A stretch of DNA of 64,000 nt, taken from an uncultured Acidobacteriota bacterium (GTDB lineage: Bacteria; Actinomycetota; Acidimicrobiia; Spongiisociales; ZC4RG35). The notes under the pieces are model-generated. The model searched no databases. It saw only the letters and a program-made list of their open reading frames with translations, and was not told where the DNA came from. The DNA lies in the NCBI GenBank assembly GCA_963746905.1, contig CAVVCY010000003.1:1031296-1095295 (forward strand), in the 5' to 3' direction. Position 1 is the stretch's first letter, and every line of letters starts with the position of its first letter. Both the position numbers and the translations under genes were made by a program. Positions 27,562 to 38,126 of this stretch are shown piece by piece.

Positions 27562-28433
27562 TGGCCGATCGGCGCAAGGCAACCGGCGGCGGCGCGGCCT
27601 GGCTCTTCGGTTTGGCCTCCTCGGTTCTCTTGGTGGCGATATGGGGTCGGGCAGTCGTCGTCGACACTGAGCAGTTGGCGGAATCTCTCGCCCCCATGGC
27701 GGCAAGCGATGTCGTGGTCAGCCGCTTTACCTCCTGGCTGGTCGACGAACTGACCAAGGAGGGCGTGGACCCGATCACTGCGGAAGGGGCGGCCCAGAAT
27801 GTTCTGGACGACCCTTCGGTGTCGGAGACTTTGGAAGGCTTACTCGGCCAGATCGTCGATGCCGCAGCCTCCCCGGATCCGGGCGGGTCAACGGTCGATG
27901 CCAGATCAGCGATTTCCCCCGCCGTGCCAGTCATCGCCGTTCGTCTTCGGGATCTCGGGATTCCAGTCTCCGAAGAGCAACTCGCCGCGGCGGTCACCGA
28001 CCTCGACCCTTTGGTGGTTCGACAGCCGTCGACTGCTCCCTATGTGGGGCCGGCGTCCGAGGCCGCTTCGAAACTTGGCATCGCGGTCGTGCTGTCCTTG
28101 ACGGTCATGGTGATCACAACCTGGGTCTACGTCGCGGCCTCCGATGACCGGCGCAAGGCATTCCGGAGTCTTCTCACCAGGTTCGCACTGGGGGCTCTCT
28201 CGTTTGCCATCTTCCTCCGGATCGGCGGATGGCTCCTCGATCCTGGCGGGGGTCGGGCTCCGGTGGCCGACACCCTCGGGTTGCTGGCGACTTCCAAATG
28301 GCTGATCCCGCTCGGGATGGGCTTCGTGGCCGCATGGGGAGCCGTTGCCTTCTGGCTCTTCAGGCGGCGCCAGGTCAAACCGGTGGCAACGTCCCCGCAG
28401 CGAACCGAACTATCCACACTGCCACCAGGCTGA
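27561..28433 (+). CDS. Hypothetical membrane protein
   Basis: One N-terminal and three C-terminal hydrophobic segments; coupled to mrp. Confidence 0.6.
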   Translation: MADRRKATGGGAAWLFGLASSVLLVAIWGRAVVVDTEQLAESLAPMAASDVVVSRFTSWLVDELTKEGVDPITAEGAAQNVLDDPSVSETLEGLLGQIVDAAASPDPGGSTVDARSAISPAVPVIAVRLRDLGIPVSEEQLAAAVTDLDPLVVRQPSTAPYVGPASEAASKLGIAVVLSLTVMVITTWVYVAASDDRRKAFRSLLTRFALGALSFAIFLRIGGWLLDPGGGRAPVADTLGLLATSKWLIPLGMGFVAAWGAVAFWLFRRRQVKPVATSPQRTELSTLPPG

Positions 28434-28764
28434 CACCGGTCCCGATCAGCACAATGTTCACGACGCGGGTGGGTATCGGCCCTGTCTTGCCGGCCCTGTG
28501 CAGCGTCGACCAAGCCCATCCGGCGACGGTGAGCACGGTTATGAGCGGGATGAGTGGGTGGTAGCTGAGGGCAAGTGGGAGGTCGCCCTTGATCAGCGCT
28601 GACGCCGCCCTGGTCATGCCACACCCGGGACAGGCAACCCCGGTCAACAGGGCGATCGGGCAGATGGTGGGGCCGTTGTCTGTTGGGTTCATGGCCAGAA
28701 GGGCAGCGACCCCCAGAAACGGAGCCATCGCGAAGGATCGGTCGCGCCACCCGGTGAGAGTCAT
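28375..28764 (-). CDS. DUF2752-like membrane protein
   Basis: CPIALLTGVACPGCGMTRA, ALSYHPL. Confidence 0.75.
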   Translation of the reverse strand: MTLTGWRDRSFAMAPFLGVAALLAMNPTDNGPTICPIALLTGVACPGCGMTRAASALIKGDLPLALSYHPLIPLITVLTVAGWAWSTLHRAGKTGPIPTRVVNIVLIGTGVSLVAVWIVRFAAGTLPPV

Positions 28765-28843
28765 GGGCTCAAGAATGGCATCGTCGGCGATTTGTCGCTG
28801 AAAGCGATGATGGCCGGGAGGGCAATCGGCGTCATGGTCGGAC

Positions 28844-30112
28844 CTAACGCCCCAGCCGGTCGAGGGTCCTGTAGAGGATGGAGGCTGGAGTGAGAAACCA
28901 CGGCTTTCCCCTGTAGTAGAAACGGGTGGGGTGGGGGACCTTGGTGAACGAGCTCGGGGGGTCCTCGCCGAGAATCATCCCGGCGAGCTCGTGGCCCATC
29001 AGCGTGGACAAGCCGACCCCGTGACCCGCGTAGCCGAGGGCATACCAGACGCCGTCGATCTGACCGACATGTGGGATGAGATCGAAGGGAACACCGAGTT
29101 TGCCACCCCAGGCATGGGTTATCTCCACGTCGGCGAGCTCTGGAAAGTAGCCAAGCAATTGGCGTCGGAGATCGGCGCCCGACTCCTGGAAATCGAGCCC
29201 GGTGTGGAGGTTGCGCCTTCCGCCGATCAGGATTCGGTCGTCCGGTGTCCTTCGCATGTAATTGAGGAGCCGTTGCTTGGTGTAGGTCATCGAGCCCTTG
29301 GGGAAGATTCGGGCCGCCCGCTCTCCGAGCGGCTCGGTGACGATGATGTATGAGCCGATCGGAACCACCCGTCTCGACATTTCGGGGACCGGCTCCGATG
29401 TGGTGTAGCCGTTGGTGGCCAGGATCACATCGCCTGCTCGCACCGATCCCTTGTCGGTGCCGACCTTGAAGCCCGGCCCATCCCGGGAGACGTCGTGGAC
29501 TGCGCACTCCTCGACGAGCAGCGCTCCGGCCGACGCAGCCGCCGAGGCCATCCCGAACACAAAACGCGCCGGCTGGATACCGAGCCCTTCTGGCTCGAAG
29601 AGGGCTGCGGTGAATCGATCACCGGCAACCACCTCCGACAGGCGGTCTGGCCCGAGAACGTCCCAGTCGACGCCGACCATCTTGTCGTACCAGGCAACGG
29701 ACGACTCGAAGGCCGCGCGCGACTTGGCGTGGATCCCGAACGCGGCCATTCCGCCACGAACGATCCGGGCGTCGATGTTCTCCACCTTTGCGATCTCGGG
29801 GACGATCTCGACCGAGCGGACTGTGGCCTGCCACATCTCACGACCCAACTCCGGCCCGAAGCGGTCGAAGATGACCTTGATCCCGGCCTTGATGTCGGGA
29901 GAGACCATGCCCCCGTTGATCGAAGAGGCACCTGAGGCGATCGGCCCTCGATCGACTACGGCCACGGTCTTCCCGCTCCGGGCAAGTCGAAGAGCTGCTG
30001 AGAGCCCGGTCAGCCCGGATCCCACGATGAGGACATCGGCTTCAGAAGGCAGTTCGGACGTGATGCCCTCGGGGCGCGGAAACTCCTCGACCCAGAAAGG
30101 GCTGGGCTTCAC
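28844..30112 (-). CDS. FAD-dependent oxidoreductase, PuuB/DAO-like
   Basis: GSGLTGLS, ASGASSINGG, VILATNGYT, GYAGHGVG. Confidence 0.82.
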   Translation of the reverse strand: MKPSPFWVEEFPRPEGITSELPSEADVLIVGSGLTGLSAALRLARSGKTVAVVDRGPIASGASSINGGMVSPDIKAGIKVIFDRFGPELGREMWQATVRSVEIVPEIAKVENIDARIVRGGMAAFGIHAKSRAAFESSVAWYDKMVGVDWDVLGPDRLSEVVAGDRFTAALFEPEGLGIQPARFVFGMASAAASAGALLVEECAVHDVSRDGPGFKVGTDKGSVRAGDVILATNGYTTSEPVPEMSRRVVPIGSYIIVTEPLGERAARIFPKGSMTYTKQRLLNYMRRTPDDRILIGGRRNLHTGLDFQESGADLRRQLLGYFPELADVEITHAWGGKLGVPFDLIPHVGQIDGVWYALGYAGHGVGLSTLMGHELAGMILGEDPPSSFTKVPHPTRFYYRGKPWFLTPASILYRTLDRLGR

Positions 30113-31347
30113 AATCCGGCTAGGCCAGCCCGGAAGAGGGAGGCCATCTCTGTGACCTGATCAGGGGTCATGATCAGCGGAGGGGAGACCTGGAGCCCGC
30201 CGCCCGCGACCGCCCGGGTGAGGACGCCCGCCTCACGGCAGGCCGCTGCCGCCCGGTAGGGAAGTGTCTCGTCGTCGCCGAGCTCCAGCTGCACTGCGGC
30301 CAATGCCCCAACTCCTCGTCTGATCGTCGACACGACGGGCAGCTCCTCGAGCGGCAGCAGGGCCTGGTACAGCTCGTCTTCGAGGGCGGCGCCTCGGGCG
30401 AGGAGGCCATCGCGCTCGATGATGTCCATGACCACCAGCCCGGCGACACAGGCCGTGCTGTGCCCCGAATAGGTGTAGCCGTGGCGGAACATGAGCCCCG
30501 GAGTCTCGAAGAAGGGAGCCGCCACCCGGGGGCTGGCGATGACGCCGCCGAGAGGGGCGTAGCCACAAGTCACCCCCTTGGCGAAGGTGATGATGTCCGG
30601 CTCCAGATCGAAGATATTGGCCGCAAACCAATCGCCACAGCGACCGAAGCCGGTGATCACCTCATCGGAGATGTAGAGGCCACCTGCGGCGCGGACCGCA
30701 TCTCTCACCCGCGTCAGATATTCGGCGGGGACGGGACGGATCCCGCCGGCGCCGATCACGGGCTCCACGAAGATCCCGGCGATCCGTTCTGCGCCGACAT
30801 GGTCGATCGCCTTCTCGACCGCCTCGGCATCGTCATAGGGCACGAGGACCACATCGGACACGAGGTCGCCTCCGTATCCGGTGCGGTTGGGCTCCATCCC
30901 GCCCAGCGTGGTGCCATAGGTGTGCATGCCGTGATACGCCCATTCCCGCGAGATGAAAACGGTGCGGTCCGGCTCACCCACTGCGGAGAAGTAGCGACGA
31001 GCGAGCTTGGCTGCGGTGTCCACCGCGTCGGAGCCGCCGGAGCCGAAGAAGACCTTGGAATCGGGATCGGGGGACACAGCGGCGATCCGGCCTGCCAATT
31101 CGATCGGTGGTCGGGTGGCGTAGTCGATGAAGGCATGGAATGCCGGGAGCTTGCGGGCCTGCTCCGACATCGCCTCGACGATTTCGTTGCGGCCATAACC
31201 CACATTCATGTACCAGAGGGAGGCGGCAGCGTCGAGGTAGCGGTTGCCATCCTCGTCGTATACGTAGATCCCCTCGCCGCGATCGACGATGAACGGCGCG
31301 TGCTGCACCTTGTTCATTTCCCCAAACGGATGCCAAAAGGAAGACAT
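30109..31347 (-). CDS. Class III aminotransferase (polyamine/omega-amine:pyruvate type)
   Basis: YLDAAASLW, SGGSDAVD, AYHG, EPVIGAGG, DEVITGFGR, FAKGVTCGY. Confidence 0.88.
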   Translation of the reverse strand: MSSFWHPFGEMNKVQHAPFIVDRGEGIYVYDEDGNRYLDAAASLWYMNVGYGRNEIVEAMSEQARKLPAFHAFIDYATRPPIELAGRIAAVSPDPDSKVFFGSGGSDAVDTAAKLARRYFSAVGEPDRTVFISREWAYHGMHTYGTTLGGMEPNRTGYGGDLVSDVVLVPYDDAEAVEKAIDHVGAERIAGIFVEPVIGAGGIRPVPAEYLTRVRDAVRAAGGLYISDEVITGFGRCGDWFAANIFDLEPDIITFAKGVTCGYAPLGGVIASPRVAAPFFETPGLMFRHGYTYSGHSTACVAGLVVMDIIERDGLLARGAALEDELYQALLPLEELPVVSTIRRGVGALAAVQLELGDDETLPYRAAAACREAGVLTRAVAGGGLQVSPPLIMTPDQVTEMASLFRAGLAGL

Positions 31348-31393
31348 ATTGCGGAGGCTAGCCGGGGTGATGCCTGGCTACCCTCGCCGCCCC

Positions 31394-33010
31394 ATGCCCG
31401 CCGATCTCGCCTTCGTCAACGGTCCGGTGTTCACTGCAAACGCGTCAAGATCATTCGTCCGTGGAGTAGCCGTGATCGGGGATCGGATCGTGGCGGTTGG
31501 CTCCGAGAGCGAGATCTCGGAGCACATCGGCCCCGGGACCGAGGTCGTCGATCTCGACGGCCGCCTCCTCACCCCGGGTTTCCAGGATTCGCACGTCCAT
31601 GTATGGAGCAGTGGTCTCGATCTCCTGAGGTGTTCGTTTGCCGGATGTGAAGATGCCGATGGGGCGATCGCCTATGTCGCCAGGTACGCCCGGGCCAACC
31701 CCAACGTGGAATGGATCATGGGCGGAGGATGGCATCAGACCTGGTTCCCGCGAGCCTGCCCTTCCAAGGAATTGCTGGACCAGATAGTCCCCGACCGCCC
31801 GGTCTTCGTTTACAACGCCGACGGTCACGGGGCGTGGGTCAACAGCCGCGCCCTGGAGTTGGCCGGTATCGACGCATCGACCCCGGACCCCTTCGATGGC
31901 CGGATCGAGCGGAACCCCGATGGGACGCCCCAGGGCACGCTTCACGATGGCGCCGCCAACCTGGTTGAGGCCGCTTCACCCAAAGACTCGCTGGAAGACG
32001 TGCTTCGGGGCATCCTCGCCGGCCAGGAGTACATGCTGTCCAAGGGGATCACCGGGTGGCAGGACGCCCACGTCGATGACCTGGCCCATGCCGCCTACCG
32101 GGCGCTCGCCCAGCGTGACCAGTTGCGGGGAACAGCGTTTGGAGCTCTGTGGTGGGATCGACGCAAGGGGCTGGAGCAGCTCGAGGAGCTGGAGAGGATG
32201 AGAGGCGAGGGGGTCGGTCGATACCGGCCGGTTGCGGTGAAGTTGATGACGGACGGAGTGGTCGAAACCCAGACCGCCGCCATGCTCGAGCCCTACTTCG
32301 ATGAGTCCGGTGCCAGCACATCGAATCGCGGCATCGACTTCATCGACCCCGAGGAGCTGAAGGAGATCGTCGTGGCCTTCGACGCACGGGGTTTCTCATG
32401 TCATTTCCACGCCATCGGCGACGCCGCGGTTCGCAACTCGCTCGATGCGGTCGAGGCGGCGCGAAATGCCAACGGCTGGTCATCGGCGAGACACACGATC
32501 TGCCACGTTCAGGTGGTCCATCCCGATGACCTCCATCGTTTCAAGCAACTGGGCGTTGCGGTCAGCGCTCAGGCTCTCTGGGCGGGCAACGGCCAGGACC
32601 AGCTCGAATTGACACAGCCCTTCCTCGGCTCGGTGCGAACGATGTGGCAATACCCGTTCGGAAGCCTCCTGCGCGCCGGCGCCACGCTGGCGATGGGCTC
32701 GGACTGGGCGGTTTCGACCGCCAATGTCCTGGCTCAGAGCGACGTTGCCGTCAATCGGCTGAATTGGGCCGAGCCGGGCCATCCGCCGCTGAACCCTGAG
32801 GAGCGCATAACACTGCTCGACGCCCTCGCCGCGTTCACCTCAGGCTCGGCTTGGGTAAACCACCGTGAGGCCGACTCGGGGACGGTGGCCGTGGGTATGC
32901 TCGCCGATCTGGTAGTTCTCGATCGAGATCCGTTTCAGACCGGGCCGATTCGAGATGCAAAGGTCGCGATGACCGTTGTGGGCGGGCAGGTGGTTTACGA
33001 GGAGGAGTGA
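31394..33010 (+). CDS. Amidohydrolase 3 family (YtcJ-like)
   Basis: PGFQDSHVH, HFHAIGDAAV, HTICHVQ, GSDWAV, GMLADLVVL. Confidence 0.85.
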   Translation: MPADLAFVNGPVFTANASRSFVRGVAVIGDRIVAVGSESEISEHIGPGTEVVDLDGRLLTPGFQDSHVHVWSSGLDLLRCSFAGCEDADGAIAYVARYARANPNVEWIMGGGWHQTWFPRACPSKELLDQIVPDRPVFVYNADGHGAWVNSRALELAGIDASTPDPFDGRIERNPDGTPQGTLHDGAANLVEAASPKDSLEDVLRGILAGQEYMLSKGITGWQDAHVDDLAHAAYRALAQRDQLRGTAFGALWWDRRKGLEQLEELERMRGEGVGRYRPVAVKLMTDGVVETQTAAMLEPYFDESGASTSNRGIDFIDPEELKEIVVAFDARGFSCHFHAIGDAAVRNSLDAVEAARNANGWSSARHTICHVQVVHPDDLHRFKQLGVAVSAQALWAGNGQDQLELTQPFLGSVRTMWQYPFGSLLRAGATLAMGSDWAVSTANVLAQSDVAVNRLNWAEPGHPPLNPEERITLLDALAAFTSGSAWVNHREADSGTVAVGMLADLVVLDRDPFQTGPIRDAKVAMTVVGGQVVYEEE

Positions 33011-34086
33011 TGGTCAACGCGGCCGTTGAGTTGAGCGGTGTCACCAAGCGCTTCGGCGATGACTTCGTGGCGGTCGATGGCTTGGACCTGAGCATCAACG
33101 ACGGCGAATTCTTCTCTTTGCTCGGCCCATCGGGGTGTGGCAAAACCACCACATTGCGCATGATCGCCGGGTTCGAATTTCCCACTGAGGGCAGCATTCG
33201 GGTCCATGGCGCCGAGATGGCGCTGAAGCCGGCGAATGAGCGGCCGATCAACACCGTCTTCCAGTCCTACGCCCTGTTCCCTCATATGACAGTGGCCGAG
33301 AACGTGGCCTTCGGCCTCCAGATGAAGAAGGTGGAGAAGTCTGAAGTCACCGGCAGGGTGAAGCGGGTGCTCGATCAGGTCCAACTCGGGAAGCGAGCCG
33401 ATGCAAGGCCGAACCAGCTCTCCGGAGGCATGCAACAGCGGGTGGCCCTGGCTCGGGCTCTGGTCAACGAGCCCGAGGTGCTGTTGTTGGATGAGCCCCT
33501 TGGTGCGCTCGACCTCAAGTTGCGCCAGGCGATGCAGGTCGAGCTGAAAGACCTGCAGACCAGGGTTGGAATCACCTTCATCTATGTCACCCACGACCAG
33601 GAAGAGGCCCTCACCATGTCCGACAGGATCGGGGTCATGAGTGAGGGAAAGCTCCTCCAGGTCGGGCGCCCCGAGGAGATCTACGAGACGCCGACTTCAC
33701 GGTTTGTCGCCGACTTCATCGGTGAGATCAACCTCCTGTCTGTGACGGTCCTAGGACCGGACAGCGCACGTCTTGGCAACGGACAGGAAGTTGGGGTTCC
33801 CTGCGGTGACGCCTCGCCAGGCAGCGAGGTGACACTCGCCTTGCGGCCGGAGCGCTTGGCGCTATTCGACATCGACGAGGACCTGCCCGCCGGGCAGAAC
33901 CAACTCCGGGTGCGCGTGACACGACGCATGTACTTCGGGGACGTGTACTTCTACGACGTCGATGCCGGGCTTGGCACTCAAATCGAAGTCAAGGAGGAGA
34001 ACCGGCCCGGAGTGGAGTTGTACGACATAGGAGATGAGGCGTACCTGGTGTGGAGCCCGGAGGCGGCAAACCTTGTGACCGCCTGA
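33010..34086 (+). CDS. potA: Polyamine ABC transporter ATP-binding protein
   Basis: [36 protein letters not shown]. Confidence 0.9.
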   Translation: MVNAAVELSGVTKRFGDDFVAVDGLDLSINDGEFFSLLGPSGCGKTTTLRMIAGFEFPTEGSIRVHGAEMALKPANERPINTVFQSYALFPHMTVAENVAFGLQMKKVEKSEVTGRVKRVLDQVQLGKRADARPNQLSGGMQQRVALARALVNEPEVLLLDEPLGALDLKLRQAMQVELKDLQTRVGITFIYVTHDQEEALTMSDRIGVMSEGKLLQVGRPEEIYETPTSRFVADFIGEINLLSVTVLGPDSARLGNGQEVGVPCGDASPGSEVTLALRPERLALFDIDEDLPAGQNQLRVRVTRRMYFGDVYFYDVDAGLGTQIEVKEENRPGVELYDIGDEAYLVWSPEAANLVTA

Positions 34087-34964
34087 TGACGACCACCGAG
34101 GTCACGCCAGAGTTGGAGCAGTCGGCGAGTCGGGCCGAGTCGCGTCGGGGGTTTCTCTTCTCGTTACCCGGTGCCTTCTATCTCGTCCTCTTCTTTGCGA
34201 TTCCCCTGGTCCTCGTCTTCGTCTACTCGTTCGCCACCAGGTCATCGACTGGCCAGACAGTCCTCGCCGACTGGAATCTCGACTCCTACAAGCGTCTGTT
34301 CACCGCTGACGTCCTGGCGATCTTCATTCGGTCATTCGTGCTCGCCGCGGTCACCACTGCGATCTGTCTGCTGTTCTCGTATCCGTTGGCTTTCTACATC
34401 GCCACCCGGGCACCCCGCGCCCGAAACATCCTGCTGATCCTGGTGATGATCCCGTTCTGGTCGAACTTCCTGGTTCGAACCTACGCCTGGAGGATCCTGC
34501 TCGGTTCGGACGGTCCGCTGTCGCAGTTGAGCCAGAGTTTGGGTGGTGAGCCGATCCGATTGTTGTTCACCAACACAGCGGTGCTCATTGGCCTGGTCTA
34601 TGGCTTCATGCCCTTCATGGTCCTCCCCCTGTACGCCTCGCTCGAGAGGATGGACTGGAGGCTGGTGGAGGCTGCCCGCGATCTCTACGCGGATGGGTGG
34701 ACCGCCTTTCGCAAGGTGACCCTGCCACTGTCGCTGCCCGGGGTGATAGCTGGATCGATCCTGGTGTTCATCCCGTCGCTGGGCACCTACGTGACCCCTG
34801 CCCTCCTTGGAGGGGCGAGGACAGTTGGCATTGGCGACTACATCGTCAGCCAGTTCCTCGCCGCCCGCAACTGGCCATTTGGGTCGGCGCTCTCATTCGG
34901 CGTGATGTTCGTGATGCTGCTGGCAACCATCTTCTACTTCAGAGCGGGGGCGAAAACCCTGTGA
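34086..34964 (+). CDS. potB: Polyamine ABC permease
   Basis: IPFWSNFLVRTYAW, EAARDL..TLPLSLPG. Confidence 0.88.
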   Translation: MTTTEVTPELEQSASRAESRRGFLFSLPGAFYLVLFFAIPLVLVFVYSFATRSSTGQTVLADWNLDSYKRLFTADVLAIFIRSFVLAAVTTAICLLFSYPLAFYIATRAPRARNILLILVMIPFWSNFLVRTYAWRILLGSDGPLSQLSQSLGGEPIRLLFTNTAVLIGLVYGFMPFMVLPLYASLERMDWRLVEAARDLYADGWTAFRKVTLPLSLPGVIAGSILVFIPSLGTYVTPALLGGARTVGIGDYIVSQFLAARNWPFGSALSFGVMFVMLLATIFYFRAGAKTL

Positions 34965-35842
34965 GCAACGGTGCGGCCCCCAAGGGAGTGGTTGACCGCC
35001 TTCTGGCAGTCAACGCCTGGGTGCTTTACATCTTCTTCTACGCCCCGATTCTGGTGCTGATCGTCTTCTCGTTCAACGACAACAACAACGTGGCGATCTG
35101 GACCGAGGCCTCGTTGCGATGGTACGGGGAGATGTTCCAGACCGAGAGTGTGATGTCGGCCCTCCGGATCTCGTTGATCGTCGCTTTCTTCTCCACCATC
35201 ATCTCGACGGTCATCGGCACCTTGCTGGCGATCGGCCTCGAGCGATACCGGTTCAGGGGACGGGGGACATTGGACGGTCTCGCCTATCTCCCGATCATCA
35301 TCCCTGACGTCACCATGGCTGTGATGCTCCTCATCTTCTTCTTCCAGGCGTTCGGCATCGTCGATGACCTCTTCGGGATCCAGCTGAACACCGGGATCCT
35401 CACCATCACCCTGGCTCACATAGCTTTCAGCATCTCTTTCGTGGCAGTGGTGGTTCGCGCCAGGCTTGCCCAGCTCGACTCTTCACTCGAGGAGGCCGCG
35501 GCCGACCTCTATGCCGGAAGATGGCAAACCTTTCGCCGGGTCACATTGCCTTTGATCGCGCCGGGAGTGGCCGGTGGCGCTCTGCTCGCGTTGACCCTCT
35601 CGCTTGACGATGTCGTCGTCACCTCGTTCGTCTCGGGCCCCGGCTCTACCACCCTCCCGGTATACGTTTTCGGACTGGTCAGGGTGGGGGTAACCCCCCT
35701 GATAAACGCAGTGAGCACGGTGATGCTCGTGGCCTCGATGATCCTGGTTGGGATCTCATTGGGGTTCCAACGAGGGGCAGTGGCTCGTGGCCAGAAGCTG
35801 GCCGATCCCGATGCCTTGGCCCTGGAGTTGACAGGAGACTGA
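34961..35842 (+). CDS. potC: Polyamine ABC permease
   Basis: FFYAPILVLIVFSFN, LEEAAADLYA, LSLDDVVVT. Confidence 0.88.
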   Translation: MSNGAAPKGVVDRLLAVNAWVLYIFFYAPILVLIVFSFNDNNNVAIWTEASLRWYGEMFQTESVMSALRISLIVAFFSTIISTVIGTLLAIGLERYRFRGRGTLDGLAYLPIIIPDVTMAVMLLIFFFQAFGIVDDLFGIQLNTGILTITLAHIAFSISFVAVVVRARLAQLDSSLEEAAADLYAGRWQTFRRVTLPLIAPGVAGGALLALTLSLDDVVVTSFVSGPGSTTLPVYVFGLVRVGVTPLINAVSTVMLVASMILVGISLGFQRGAVARGQKLADPDALALELTGD

Positions 35843-35898
35843 GTGCGATGGGCGGGATCGAGGACTTTCGAAAGGATGAAGTGTCGGTTTAGCCTCGG

Positions 35899-37050
35899 AT
35901 GAATCAGACCAGGGAGGATCGAAAGATGGGACGAATGGCGAGGTTCGTGGTCACGCTCGGCGTGCTCGCCCTGCTAGTGACTGCCTGTGGCGGAGACGAT
36001 GGCACAGCTGGTGTCGACGGCACTGCTGTCGATGGAGGTGAGGGCGCCGCCGCCGCTGATTGCACCGTTGGTCAGGTGGACGGTGATCTGAACTTCTACA
36101 ACTGGACCGAATACATGGACCCGGCGCTGATCACAGCATTCGAGACCGAGTACGGCATAGACGTTGTCGAGTCCTTCTACGAATCCAATGAAGCGATGCT
36201 GGCCCAGCTCCAAGCGGGTGTGAACTACGACCTGATAGTTCCCTCCGACTACATGGTCGGGATCATGATCGAAGAGAACCTGTTGTCCCCGATCGACCCC
36301 GCCGTTGTGCCCAACATCGTCAATCTCGGTGAGCGCTTCACTAGCCTCCCGTACGATCCCGGCAACGAGTACTCGGCCCCCTACCAATATGGGACTACTG
36401 GCATCGGGGTGAACACGGCTCTGGTGGGCGAGGACTTCCCGCACAGCTGGGCATTGCTGTTCGATCCCGAAGTCACCGCCGACTTCCCGGGCGGGGTCTC
36501 GGTCCTCAACGACCCTCGAGAGGCGATGGGGGCGGCTCTGGAATATCTGGGCTACTCACTCAATGACACCGACCTCGGTCACCTTCAGGAGGCGGCCGAC
36601 GTGATCTCTGCCGCCAAGGGAACGATCGCCGCGTTCGACTCGGATCAGAACGACGAGGCCCTGGCCAACGGCGAGGTCTCGGTGGCACACGGATACTCCG
36701 GCGCAATGATCGTCGGGTTCGGCGATGCCACCAACCCTGACGACTTCGTCTACATCCTCCCCGAGGAAGGCGCGACCCTCTGGATAGACAATATGACGGT
36801 CCCCACAACGGCCGACCATCCGTGTTCGGCATTTACTTTCATGAACTATCTGCTGGACGCCCAGAACGGGGCAACCCTCACCAATTTCAACTACTACGGC
36901 AGCCCCAATGCGGCGGCTCTCGAGTTCGTAGAGCCGGAAGTGGTCGAGTTCTATTCGTCCGCCGAGGAGGGGGCGAAACTCGAGGTCATCCAGGACACGG
37001 GTGACTACGAGATCAACTTCACCGACTATCTGGCCATCGCCAAGGGTTAG
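35899..37050 (+). CDS. potD: Polyamine ABC substrate-binding lipoprotein
   Basis: Lipobox LVTAC, NWTEYMDP, YDLIVPSDY, WIDNMTVP. Confidence 0.88.
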   Translation: MNQTREDRKMGRMARFVVTLGVLALLVTACGGDDGTAGVDGTAVDGGEGAAAADCTVGQVDGDLNFYNWTEYMDPALITAFETEYGIDVVESFYESNEAMLAQLQAGVNYDLIVPSDYMVGIMIEENLLSPIDPAVVPNIVNLGERFTSLPYDPGNEYSAPYQYGTTGIGVNTALVGEDFPHSWALLFDPEVTADFPGGVSVLNDPREAMGAALEYLGYSLNDTDLGHLQEAADVISAAKGTIAAFDSDQNDEALANGEVSVAHGYSGAMIVGFGDATNPDDFVYILPEEGATLWIDNMTVPTTADHPCSAFTFMNYLLDAQNGATLTNFNYYGSPNAAALEFVEPEVVEFYSSAEEGAKLEVIQDTGDYEINFTDYLAIAKG

Positions 37051-37051
37051 A

Positions 37052-37079
37052 GAACAGGGCTCCATGAGGAGCCCTGTTC
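37052..37079. terminator. Hairpin between convergent potD and DUF4349 genes
   Basis: Perfect 12-bp stem GAACAGGGCTCC-ATGA-GGAGCCCTGTTC. Confidence 0.7.
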
Positions 37080-37080
37080 A

Positions 37081-38046
37081 TCATCCAGCTTGGGGGTTTG
37101 CGGGGAGGACCGGTGGGATCGGCTCGGGCGCCGGGGGCGCCGGGCGACGGCGCTTCCTCCACCAGCGGTAGAGGAGATAGAGGGCCAGCAGCGGGATCCC
37201 CAGGGTGAGAATCAGCAGGGGAAGGGTGTAGAGGACGAAGTTGATGCCCCACTCCCCGACATCCTGCAGCCCGCTCACCAGGTTGCGCAACGACTCGCGG
37301 GCGACCTCGAGAGGCGCCCAGGTGTCTTCGACAATCGGCACCGCGGCCGGCGTCGGGGCCAGGTAGACCGACACGGTCGCCAAAGTCACCACATCGTTGA
37401 GGTAGTTCAGCTGCCCTTGCATCTGCTCGATCTCGCCACGGACGCGGGAGACCTCGTTGTAAACCTCGAGAAGCTTGGCGGGGTCGGCGTCCGGCTGCTT
37501 GCGGACTTCCGAGAGCAGCGCCACCAACTCTGTCTCCAGAGCCTGAGAGTTGTGGAGCCGTGCCTCCAGGTCGACGAATTGGGCGGTGACGTCCTCAGCG
37601 TTCTGGGACTCGGTCAGCACCACCTCGACCGAGCCCTTGATCGCGTCGAGGACGTCGGGCAACTGGTCGGCCGGTACCCGGAGAACCATGTTCACGACTG
37701 GCTGGTCGGTCTCGCTGTCGGTCGGCTCGACCGTGGCGCTGGCGACAAAGCCGCCGACCTCCTTGACCAGGTCGACGATGTGATCGAAGGCCGTCCTGGT
37801 GTTGTCGGCCTGCAATTCGAGGCTGGCATTGCGGATCACCTGGCGGTCGGTGGCCACTACGTCGTCGTAGGACAGCTCATCAGGCGACGCGCTTGAGGCG
37901 GCCACCGTGGTCATCGATTCGGGGACCGCACCGCTCCCGCCTTCGAGACCGTCGCTGACCTCGCTGAAGGTTGTGGCGGCTTCGTCGCCGCCGCAAGCGG
38001 CGAGCGCCAGTCCGAGTGCCAGGATCAATGTGAGTTTCTTCATCAT
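37081..38046 (-). CDS. DUF4349-like lipoprotein
   Basis: Lipobox LAAC, QVIRNASL, LRVP, EDVT.QFVDLEARL, coiled coil, C-terminal TM. Confidence 0.8.
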   Translation of the reverse strand: MMKKLTLILALGLALAACGGDEAATTFSEVSDGLEGGSGAVPESMTTVAASSASPDELSYDDVVATDRQVIRNASLELQADNTRTAFDHIVDLVKEVGGFVASATVEPTDSETDQPVVNMVLRVPADQLPDVLDAIKGSVEVVLTESQNAEDVTAQFVDLEARLHNSQALETELVALLSEVRKQPDADPAKLLEVYNEVSRVRGEIEQMQGQLNYLNDVVTLATVSVYLAPTPAAVPIVEDTWAPLEVARESLRNLVSGLQDVGEWGINFVLYTLPLLILTLGIPLLALYLLYRWWRKRRRPAPPAPEPIPPVLPANPQAG

Positions 38047-38126
38047 TCTTCCTCTCGTGTCACCCAGGAGGGGTTTGGCCGTTGGACGCAAACCGTGTGT
38101 CAGCGGTTCCCGGGTACCGTGTGCCT